DNA from: Candidatus Binatia bacterium | GTDB lineage: Bacteria; Desulfobacterota; Binatia; HRBIN30 | DNA: 64,000 nucleotides | Assembly: GCA_038245295.1 (NCBI GenBank) | Contig: JBBRSP010000004.1 | Location: forward strand, 32,001-96,000 | Reading direction: 5' to 3' | Translations under genes and position numbers: made by a program | Notes under the pieces: model-generated | The model's database searches: none | What the model was told of the DNA's origin: nothing | What the model saw: the letters and a program-made list of their open reading frames with translations, nothing else | Part shown: in pieces, positions 9,785-17,951 of the stretch | Layout of the letters: every line of letters begins with the position of its first letter | Position numbering within the stretch: the first letter of the stretch is position 1

Positions 9785-11116
9785 TCACGGAGTACCTTGT
9801 GCGACGTAACGAACAAAGTCTCCGCGGCCGGCATTCGTACCGACGTAGTTGACGTTGAAGGCGGACGATTTCCGCGTAGCCTCGCTCGTACGGAACTCTT
9901 CGGCAATCGCGAGAACGCCATGACCGGCATCCGTCTCGCTGCCGGGGACGGTGCGAATACGGGTCTGCCCCGTCAGCGTTCCCTGCACCGCAACGTTGAA
10001 GATCGAGGTTGCTTCCTGTCCAGGGAAACGGTCGATGTTGGACAACCCGACTTCACGGAAACACTGTACTCGAGTGCTCGCGGAGAATCGTTGTTCGAAC
10101 TCATTGAACACCAACAACTGCAACGAATCGACGATCTGATCGCGGCCGTTCTCGAAGTTCTCCGTGCAAGGCACGAAGGTAACTTCCGTGTTCACAGTCG
10201 TTCCAGGGCTGACAGTCGCCGAATCGAAGAAGTGATCGAGGATTAGGACCGACGGACACTGGGCGTATTCCGCCACCGGGCACTCGGCCGAACCGGTTGT
10301 TGCCCCAAGGCACAACGTGGTGTCCGCCTGAGTCGCGCTGTTCGACGAGACAGCCTGAATCCCGATCGCGTTGTAGGCGCGCACGTCGACGTTGGTCTGG
10401 TTCACGTCGTAGATCGCCGCTTCGCCGATCAGGTCGTTGCGATTGACGGGGAGCAGGGTGAGGACGCCGTCAACCTGGATACACTTCAGCTCGCCAACGA
10501 AGACACCCGGGCGGGCTGGAACCTCGCCGAGGGGCGGGCTCAAGCTGACGCAGGTACCACCGCCGGGGCAGTCCAACGGCGGACCACCGAGCACGTCGCA
10601 TTCCTGCCCCGTGCGATCTCCGCCGGAGCAGATGCCATCCCGCGTCAGGCCGCTGCTGGCTAGCCAGCCAATCGGCTGATTCGGGGTTAGTGTGACGTCG
10701 AAGTCAACTGCGCCCCAATCGGGATCACACGTTGCGCCGTTGGTGCAGTCGTTGTTGTCCCGACAAACACCCGTGATCGGGTCGATTCTGCTGATGCCGG
10801 TCGTGCAACGCGGTGTCGCGTCCACATAGTAGCAGTGGGCCGAGCGCTGCGTGGAATCGGTGTTCGTTAGCTGGATCAGGGTGTCCCGTGGAATTCCGTT
10901 GCTCAGAACACCAGCAGGGTCCGAGACCACTTTGGGAAACATAATGAGACCGGCCGCATGGTCAGACGAGACGAGCGCCGGCGTGGGGACCTGCGCTCCC
11001 GCGATGCCGGTCGTCAGGAGACCGGCAGCCAAGGCCACCCCGCCGATCCATCGATGCAAGGTTGCTCCAGAAGCCATCAGCTTTCTCCCTTGGTTCATGC
11101 TTTCGTTGCGCACCAT
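9785..11116 (-). CDS. Secreted Cys-rich protein, paralogue 4 of array (type B)
   Basis: GAGGTG RBS before ATG 11116; signal peptide; motifs FPKVV.D, DT.I.LTNT, HCYY, FVGELKC, YNA, FNEFEQRFS shared with the three upstream genes. Confidence 0.82.
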   Translation of the reverse strand: MVRNESMNQGRKLMASGATLHRWIGGVALAAGLLTTGIAGAQVPTPALVSSDHAAGLIMFPKVVSDPAGVLSNGIPRDTLIQLTNTDSTQRSAHCYYVDATPRCTTGISRIDPITGVCRDNNDCTNGATCDPDWGAVDFDVTLTPNQPIGWLASSGLTRDGICSGGDRTGQECDVLGGPPLDCPGGGTCVSLSPPLGEVPARPGVFVGELKCIQVDGVLTLLPVNRNDLIGEAAIYDVNQTNVDVRAYNAIGIQAVSSNSATQADTTLCLGATTGSAECPVAEYAQCPSVLILDHFFDSATVSPGTTVNTEVTFVPCTENFENGRDQIVDSLQLLVFNEFEQRFSASTRVQCFREVGLSNIDRFPGQEATSIFNVAVQGTLTGQTRIRTVPGSETDAGHGVLAIAEEFRTSEATRKSSAFNVNYVGTNAGRGDFVRYVAQGTP

Positions 11117-11135
11117 GGGTTTCACCTCACCCCTG

Positions 11136-12248
11136 CTACGGCAGCGTGATGCGGGCGTTTGCACCCGTGCGCTCGACGTGCAAGTTGGTTGCCGCCGCCG
11201 CAACGTTGCCGGCGCTATCCGAGCTGAAGCGCTCGGCGATACCGACAACTGGGTGGGACGCGTCAATCCGCACATTGGCAAACAGCGTGTTGATGCCACC
11301 GCCAGGGAGTAGACTGGATCGCATGGTCGAGATGTCCCCGATATTGAAGCTCGTCCAACAAGAGAACGACTCCGGCACGCCACCGCTGAGTTGCGTCTCA
11401 AACTCATCCCACACGGTGAACTGTAAGGTCGTGGTCGCTGTCGTGCCGTTGCGCAGATCCAGGCTGCACGGAACGAACGTCAGGTTCGTCACGACGCTGC
11501 TACTCGGTGGACAGGTTCCGCCGCTGCAATCGCTGGCAGTCGTACAGATGGCACCTGGGGTCGCACCGCCGACGCAGAGGCCAGCGGCGCCATAGGCGCT
11601 GATCGCCGGGTCAAACGATCCGTCCGGGATCGCTTCGAGGCGCAGGGCCGCCGGACAGCTCCCGTACTCCGTGTTGTTCAGGTCCAGGTTACTTGGATTG
11701 TTGTCCTGCGTGAGAGCCGGGACAGCTACCGCATTGTACTGACTGACGTCGCCGCCGATGTTTGAGGTGAGGACTGCCTCGCCTTTCAGGCGGTTGTTCG
11801 AAATCGGAGTACCGTTTACGTCAACTTCATAACAAACGAGCGAGCCGGTAAACGGAGTCGGCACCGGCGGGATTAGACCCGGATCGAAGCCAGTGCCGTC
11901 GGCACCGAATGGTTCGCCTTGGATCGTTCCGCGCCCAGACCCGACCGTCCAATGGGTCGGTTGTTGGCGGGTAAGGGTGAGGTCGAAATCCACCTCAGAG
12001 CAAAGGGGAGCACCAGAGCGGCCGGGCGCACCGTTTACGTAGAAGCAGTGGACGTGCTCGACCAGGTTGTTGGTATTGGTGAGCTTGATGGTGGTATCCC
12101 GAGTGCCATCGCGGACAACCTTCGGGAAGATCAGAATGGATCCCGGTCGCTCGGTGTAAACATCCGCTCGCGCGGCACCGACGACGACCAGAGATCCGAC
12201 GAGTGCACCTAGCAGCCAGCCGGCGCGCACGCCTTGGATCGTCCTCAT
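11136..12248 (-). CDS. Secreted Cys-rich protein, paralogue 3 of array (type A)
   Basis: AGGAGGAGG RBS; signal peptide ending ARA; DVYTERPGSILIFPKVVRDGTRDT, HCFYVNG, NRLKGEA, WDEFE. Confidence 0.85.
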   Translation of the reverse strand: MRTIQGVRAGWLLGALVGSLVVVGAARADVYTERPGSILIFPKVVRDGTRDTTIKLTNTNNLVEHVHCFYVNGAPGRSGAPLCSEVDFDLTLTRQQPTHWTVGSGRGTIQGEPFGADGTGFDPGLIPPVPTPFTGSLVCYEVDVNGTPISNNRLKGEAVLTSNIGGDVSQYNAVAVPALTQDNNPSNLDLNNTEYGSCPAALRLEAIPDGSFDPAISAYGAAGLCVGGATPGAICTTASDCSGGTCPPSSSVVTNLTFVPCSLDLRNGTTATTTLQFTVWDEFETQLSGGVPESFSCWTSFNIGDISTMRSSLLPGGGINTLFANVRIDASHPVVGIAERFSSDSAGNVAAAATNLHVERTGANARITLP

Positions 12249-12308
12249 GAGCCTCCTCCTTCGTCGCGTTTGAGACATGTGAGTCGTCTGGGTCAAGATC
12301 GACCTGCG

Positions 12309-13580
12309 CTACGGAAGGGTGATGAGATCTACCGTACTCGCTGCGGCACCCAGCTGGTGAATGTTGTACGCCGCACTGGTTCCGTCGCTCGTCGTGAGAC
12401 GCGCAACACCGAGTAAGCCGCGGCCGGTAGCTGACGTTCCAACGCCGCGAATACGCGTCTGGCCGGCGATCGTCCCTGCGACACCCGCGCTGAAGATCGA
12501 CCGCGCATTGTTGCGTGTGTCGATGTTCGAGATTTGCGTGTCGAGGAGACAATCAACCTTGCGGCTCGTTGAGAAGCGCTGCTCAAACTCGTTGAATACG
12601 AGGAACTGAGCGGTCGCGTCGCCAGGATCCTGGCTAAGGAAGTTGTTTCCGCACGGGATGAGAGTCAACTCTGTAGACGTGGTGGCGTTGGTGCTAGAGA
12701 GCGGGTCGATTGCGCCATCAAACAGGTGGTCGACGACGAGAGTATTCGGGCAACCTTCGTATTCCTGGTTGGCGAGGCTCTCGGGAATCGGCGGACGGGC
12801 GACCTGGGTAGTGTCGAGAGCAACACCGAGCTGCAAGATGTCAGTGCCGTTCGGCGCGATCGCGTTGCCTGTGGCCGCGAGGCCAACTGCATTGTACTTG
12901 GCAACGTCGAGGACGGGACCGCTGCTCAAGAAGGTGGCGTGGCCAGTGAACGCATTGCGTGTGGCGGACTGGTCCGGCACCGCAGGGTTGGCCGACGGGT
13001 CGAACTGGATGCAGACGAGGGCGCCGCGGAATGGATCTTCCGGCACCGGCGGGATGCCGCTACCGAGATTGCTCTGTCCCGTGTTGCAGCCCACCGCTCC
13101 GCAACCGAAGGTGCAGGGGATGTTGCTCAGCGGATTGTTGCAGAAGAACGGGCCTTCGATCGGGAAGTCGCCACGGTGCAAGCCGCCGCTGGCGTACCAC
13201 GCGAGCGGCTGCGAGCGGGTGAGGTAGATGTTGAAGTCGATCTCGGCCCAGCCTGGCGTGCAAGCAAACCCGCCGCAATCGGTCGCATCGGAGCAGACCT
13301 GCGCCGGATTGTTCGAACAGTGGCTGTTGGCGTTGATGTAGAAGCAGTGAGCCTGCTTCGCGGTCGACGTTGCCTGGTTCGTGAGTTCCAGCAACGTGTC
13401 GGTCGGTTCGGTGGTGTAGACCGCAGCGCTCGTGTCGACGATGATCTTCGGCCACACGATGATTGACGCGGGTCGGTCGCTGGTGCTCAACGCACTCGCA
13501 GAATGCGCCAACACCATCGCCACGGCTGCCCCCGTAAGGGCCGTCAAGGCGCGATAGGCGTTTTGCTTCGTCTTGCCCAT
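12309..13580 (-). CDS. Secreted Cys-rich protein, paralogue 2 of array (type B)
   Basis: AAAGGAG RBS; signal peptide ending ASA; SDRPASIIVWPKIIVD, HCFYINA, DHLFD, FNEFEQRFS, GQTRIR. Confidence 0.85.
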   Translation of the reverse strand: MGKTKQNAYRALTALTGAAVAMVLAHSASALSTSDRPASIIVWPKIIVDTSAAVYTTEPTDTLLELTNQATSTAKQAHCFYINANSHCSNNPAQVCSDATDCGGFACTPGWAEIDFNIYLTRSQPLAWYASGGLHRGDFPIEGPFFCNNPLSNIPCTFGCGAVGCNTGQSNLGSGIPPVPEDPFRGALVCIQFDPSANPAVPDQSATRNAFTGHATFLSSGPVLDVAKYNAVGLAATGNAIAPNGTDILQLGVALDTTQVARPPIPESLANQEYEGCPNTLVVDHLFDGAIDPLSSTNATTSTELTLIPCGNNFLSQDPGDATAQFLVFNEFEQRFSTSRKVDCLLDTQISNIDTRNNARSIFSAGVAGTIAGQTRIRGVGTSATGRGLLGVARLTTSDGTSAAYNIHQLGAAASTVDLITLP

Positions 13581-13647
13581 TGCCCGTCTCCTTTCACTTC
13601 TCATTGCAGGCGTCGATTGTGTCATGACTAGAATTTCCTGCTCCAAA

Positions 13648-14961
13648 TCACGGACCAACGCCCGCCGGCAGGACGATGATGTCTGGGTTGGTTCGGGCGC
13701 CGATGGCGTGAGCGTTCACTGCGGCGGTGGCTGTTTGGTTCCCGAGGGTGTGGAACTCTTCAGCGACACCCAGGATACCGGAGGACGGGCGACAGCCGAG
13801 CGGACCATTGCCGTTCGAGGAAAGGATTCCGGCTCCGCAATCCAGGTCGGTCGTGCAGACAGCTCCACGGTTTGCGCCCGTCAGGCAGCGCAGCGTATTG
13901 GTGGGCGTGACACGAATATTGAGGAGGTTTGTCCCCAGAGTAGCGAGGAAGTTTTGAGATCCGGGTTGCGGGATGTCGGCAAGGCGACGGGTGAAGTGGC
14001 AGTCGAAGTTAACGGCGTCAGCACTGAGCGGTTGCTCAAATTCGTTGACAACATTGAACCCGACTCCGACCGGCGTGGCCCCCAACTCGAGCATTTCGGT
14101 GCAGGGCACGAGAGTGAGCTCAGTGCTCACGGTGGCGCCGGTGAACGCATCGACAGCACCCTCGGCGTACGTGGTGAACGCGATGCTGGCTGGGCAGACG
14201 TTGTACTCGCCACCCTGGCCGGCATAGTCGAGGAGCAGATCAAGGTCGCCATTGTTGCCGCCGTTGGCGGCAGCGTTGCCTGTGATGGTCAGCGCGTTGT
14301 ACTCGCTCTTCTGGCCCGTGGCGGTGGCTTCGATGAGAGCCTCACCCTTGAGCTGGTTGCCTGCGAAGGGAGTGTCGCCGTCCTGTTGAACCTGGACGCA
14401 CTTGAGCTCGCCGACGAAGTCAGTACCAACTGGGAGCGGGGTCCAACGCGTCCCCTGCACTCCGGTCTCCAGACCTGGGCAGGCCTGAGGATCCGTTGGC
14501 GAGGGATTCGGTCCAACTTGCACGGTCTGGCACTGGCAGGGCTGACCGACGCGGCAAGAAGGATCCATGGAAGCGTAACGACCTGTCGAGGCGCGCCACA
14601 TGGTTGGCTGCTGCGCCGTGAGGATCAGGTCGAAATCCTGGCTGTTGCACGAGCGTGCACAGGTCTGACCTGCAGCGCAGTCCTGATCGAGATTACATGC
14701 CTGAGCCGTTTCCACACCGTTCTGCGCACATCGCCCCGTCCCGTTGACGTAGAAGCAGTGCACGTACGTCTGCAGATTCGAAGTGGTGCTCAAGGTTACG
14801 AGAGTGTCGCGCGTACCGTCCGACACAATCTTTGGATAGATCACCACTGACCCCGGCATGTCTGTTGTGACATCCGCTCGGGCCTGCCCCACATTGAGGA
14901 TCAAGGCAGCGAGCAGTACCCCCAGGCCAGACAGCCAAGGACTCCGCTTAAACCCACGCAT
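13648..14961 (-). CDS. Secreted Cys-rich protein, paralogue 1 of array (type A)
   Basis: AAAGGAGG RBS; signal peptide ending ARA; DVTTDMPGSVVIYPKIVSDGTRDT, HCFYVNG, NQLKGEA, NEFEQ. Confidence 0.85.
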   Translation of the reverse strand: MRGFKRSPWLSGLGVLLAALILNVGQARADVTTDMPGSVVIYPKIVSDGTRDTLVTLSTTSNLQTYVHCFYVNGTGRCAQNGVETAQACNLDQDCAAGQTCARSCNSQDFDLILTAQQPTMWRASTGRYASMDPSCRVGQPCQCQTVQVGPNPSPTDPQACPGLETGVQGTRWTPLPVGTDFVGELKCVQVQQDGDTPFAGNQLKGEALIEATATGQKSEYNALTITGNAAANGGNNGDLDLLLDYAGQGGEYNVCPASIAFTTYAEGAVDAFTGATVSTELTLVPCTEMLELGATPVGVGFNVVNEFEQPLSADAVNFDCHFTRRLADIPQPGSQNFLATLGTNLLNIRVTPTNTLRCLTGANRGAVCTTDLDCGAGILSSNGNGPLGCRPSSGILGVAEEFHTLGNQTATAAVNAHAIGARTNPDIIVLPAGVGP

Positions 14962-15042
14962 TGCACGCCTCCTTTCGGTCACTCCAGCGCATGAAAATTC
15001 TCCAATAGGGATCTACGAACGATCCCGGCGAAATCGCATCGC

Positions 15043-15072
15043 GTCTATGGCCTATTCACTTCGGACAGTCAA
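15043..15072 (-). promoter_or_regulatory. Possible sigma-70-type promoter for the four-gene array
   Basis: Minus strand TTGACT followed 17-19 nt later by CATAGAC, flanked upstream by an A/T-rich stretch. The -10 match is poor. Confidence 0.3.
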
Positions 15073-15148
15073 GAACTTACCAAATAAGAAATGACTAAAT
15101 TGCACAGTTGGAACAGGTTGGGAACACAGTCATTGAGGCAAATGACCG

Positions 15149-17869
15149 TCACGGACTGCGACGAACGACGATCTGAACGGCGGGCCCGATGTTCTGGGCG
15201 ACGGCTTTGTCACGCACCTGGAGGGTGAGCACAGTGTCACCGGACGGAAACGCGGTATTGGCCGTCGTCACATAACAGAACTGTCGCGCCGTGGATGGTA
15301 AGCCAGGGCTGATTGCACCTTCATTGCCGTCGGCCGCGAGCGTGCAGGGATCGGCCACCGGCGAGTGCGATTCGAAGCGACAAGCGAAGTCGATTAACGC
15401 ATTGGTGACGCCGTTGCTCGGGCCGAAATCGGTCGGACTGAATCCAGGTACGCCGCCGCCCCCCTGGGCAATCGGACCGGCGTCGCAGATCGCGGTGCTG
15501 CCATTGCCGAGAGCCCGATCGGACTGCAGCTGAAAATCGGGGCGCGTCGAACCGTTGGGCGTCGGCTGAGGCACGCTGTCACCGACCGCCGCACCGCTGT
15601 TACCTGGACGCACCTCCGCGACCAACAAGAATCCGTTCGGGGCGGACACCGGAAACACCCGGCGTCCCAACCCGTCGAAAACGGGAGTCGGTGTCGGCGC
15701 GCCGGCACAGTTGCAGAATGGATCGTTGCAGAAATAGCAGCCGTTGGCGTTCACGACGCCAAAGAAGGCGACGACGGGACCCGCCAGGCTTGATGTCGGT
15801 GTCCGCGTCGGCGTCGCGGTACCTGTCGTCGAGGCGGTCCGAGTGATGGTCGGCGTTCCCGTGACAGTTGGGCTGCCGGTATCCGTCGGTTGCGCCGATT
15901 GCGTCCGCGTCACCGTTGACGTCGGGGAGCTGGTCTGGGTGCGCGTCGGCGTATCCGTCCGACTGGGTGTCGCGCTCGGTGTATCCGTCGGGAATGGCGT
16001 GGGCGTGCGCGTCCACGAGGGCGTGCCCGTAGACGACGCAGTCCGCGTCGCGGTTTGGGTCGGCGTAATCGTCGGCGTGCGGGTCCCCGTCCCGGTTGGC
16101 GTCTCGGTACGGGTCGGCGTCTGACTCGCCGTGGATGTCGGTGTCGGCGTCGACGTGGGTTCGGCGGTCTCTGTCCGCGTCCGGCTCGGAGTCGCCGTCG
16201 GCGTGTCGGTACGTGTCGCGGTGTCGGTGGGCGATGCCGTCGGCGTACGCGTCAACGATGGCGTCGCCGTTTGAGTCAGGGTGTTCGTGACTGTACGCGT
16301 GATGCTGCTCGTGAACGTCGGCGTCGACGTCCGCGTCGGAGTCTCGCTGGGCAGGCCGGTGAACGTCCAACTCGCGGTCACGGTTGCTGTCGCCGTGCGG
16401 GTCGCCGTGTCGGTGGCTGTGATGGATGGGGTACGCGTATTCGTCGGGCTCGGCGAGACGGTCATGGTCTGACTGGGCGTGCCGGTATTGGTGGCCGTCA
16501 AGGTCGGCGTGGGGGTGCGGGTCACCGTCGGCGTGATTGTCCTGGAGGCGCTCGGCAGCCCGGTCACCGTGCGCGATGGGGTGCTGGTCACCGTATCGCT
16601 GGCGGTCGGCGTTGCGCTACGCGTCGGGGTGTCGGTCGAGGTGGGCGTCGCACTCCCCGTCGGCGTCGCGGTTCGCGTGCTGGTCGGCGCCAATGAGCTT
16701 GTAGGCGTAATCGTCGGCGACAGGGTCACGCTCGGCGATCGTGTCGCCGAGGGCAGCGGCGTGAAGGTCAACGTCACGGTCGCCGACGGTGTCAGCGTGC
16801 GCGTCGCCGTTTTGCTCGGCGTCAGACTGGGGCTGGCGCTCGGGGTTGGACTCTCACTGCGGGTCGGTGAAGCACTTGGCGTTGTTGTTCGACTCGCCGA
16901 GGCCGTCCGCGTCAGAGTCACTGTCATCGTGCGGCTCGGCGTTTGTGAGATGGTTGGTGAGCTGGTCGCTGTTCCGGTCAACGTTACCGTACGCGTGACG
17001 CTCGGCGTCGCCGTGCGGCTTGGCGTCGAGGTGCGGCTTGGCGTCGCCGAGTGGGTCGGCGTCGCGGTGCGCGTATCGGTGGGCTCGGGGGTCGCCGTTG
17101 CCGTCAGCGTCATGGTCGGCGTTGGCGTAAAACTTTCGGTGGGTGACGGCGACCGGGTCGGTGTATCGGTGCGCGTTGGCGTCAGACTCGGCGACGGTGT
17201 CTCGGTTGGCGTCGCTGTCTCGCTTGGTGTGTCGGTTACCGTACGTGTCGCCGTCAAGCTGGGTGTCGCTGTGCGCGTCGACGTCTCGCTGCGCGTTGGG
17301 GTTGTCGATCGGCTCGGGGTCTCGGTTGGCGTCGCGGACAGGGTCTGCGTCGGCGAGGTGCTTGGCGTTGAGGTGATTGTCGGTATCGGCGACTCGGTTG
17401 GCGTCAACGTCGGCTCTGGCGACGGTGTGGATGACGGCTGCGCGGTGGGTGTGGCGCTAGCCTCGATCAGCGTCGCCGTGGGCGTTGGCTCCACCTCGGT
17501 CGGAGAGCTTGTTGGCTCAGCCGTCGGCGAAACGGAACTTGGTGTATCGGTCGGCGAGGGTACCGACTCGGTTGGTGTCGGCGACCCAGGGGTCGGCGTC
17601 GCGGTGTCGGGCTCGCCGAGAAGCCGGATCACCCCAACCACATCCGCCGCGCTCAGAACCTGGTCGGCATTGACGTCTGCGCCAGCACAGGTGGTACCCC
17701 GGAATATCGCGGCTCCAACCGAGATTACGTCGGCCGGCGTGCGCATCCCATCACAATCGGCATCGCCGTCGAGCCCCCACCCGACCGACGGTAAGGCCAG
17801 ACACAGGATGAACATCCTGCAGAGCCAAGTGAAGCGCCCTGGCGCTGTAGCGTTCCGGATGACTTTCAC
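15149..17869 (-). CDS. Secreted mucin-like protein: dockerin-like EF-hand pair, long Thr/Pro/Ser stalk, conserved Cys-containing C-terminal domain
   Basis: Signal peptide; GDADCDGMRTPADV...CAGADVNADQVLSAADV; several hundred aa of (xT)n repeat; head with GRRVF, RPD, LGNGSTAICD, DFACRF, QFC, QIVVR. Start GTG 17869 (GAAGAGG RBS) or ATG 17887. Confidence 0.85.
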   Translation of the reverse strand: MKVIRNATAPGRFTWLCRMFILCLALPSVGWGLDGDADCDGMRTPADVISVGAAIFRGTTCAGADVNADQVLSAADVVGVIRLLGEPDTATPTPGSPTPTESVPSPTDTPSSVSPTAEPTSSPTEVEPTPTATLIEASATPTAQPSSTPSPEPTLTPTESPIPTITSTPSTSPTQTLSATPTETPSRSTTPTRSETSTRTATPSLTATRTVTDTPSETATPTETPSPSLTPTRTDTPTRSPSPTESFTPTPTMTLTATATPEPTDTRTATPTHSATPSRTSTPSRTATPSVTRTVTLTGTATSSPTISQTPSRTMTVTLTRTASASRTTTPSASPTRSESPTPSASPSLTPSKTATRTLTPSATVTLTFTPLPSATRSPSVTLSPTITPTSSLAPTSTRTATPTGSATPTSTDTPTRSATPTASDTVTSTPSRTVTGLPSASRTITPTVTRTPTPTLTATNTGTPSQTMTVSPSPTNTRTPSITATDTATRTATATVTASWTFTGLPSETPTRTSTPTFTSSITRTVTNTLTQTATPSLTRTPTASPTDTATRTDTPTATPSRTRTETAEPTSTPTPTSTASQTPTRTETPTGTGTRTPTITPTQTATRTASSTGTPSWTRTPTPFPTDTPSATPSRTDTPTRTQTSSPTSTVTRTQSAQPTDTGSPTVTGTPTITRTASTTGTATPTRTPTSSLAGPVVAFFGVVNANGCYFCNDPFCNCAGAPTPTPVFDGLGRRVFPVSAPNGFLLVAEVRPGNSGAAVGDSVPQPTPNGSTRPDFQLQSDRALGNGSTAICDAGPIAQGGGGVPGFSPTDFGPSNGVTNALIDFACRFESHSPVADPCTLAADGNEGAISPGLPSTARQFCYVTTANTAFPSGDTVLTLQVRDKAVAQNIGPAVQIVVRRSP

Positions 17870-17951
17870 GACAACCTCTTCACGCATGGGGTAGAGCCCT
17901 TTGCAACCAACCACACGAGCAATAATCCCTCATCAATCACGCCCAATCATT

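Noticed and set aside
11117..11407. 97 aa N-terminal extension of the 540 aa ORF
   Set aside because: Overlaps the upstream paralogue; the RBS and signal peptide point to ATG 11116.
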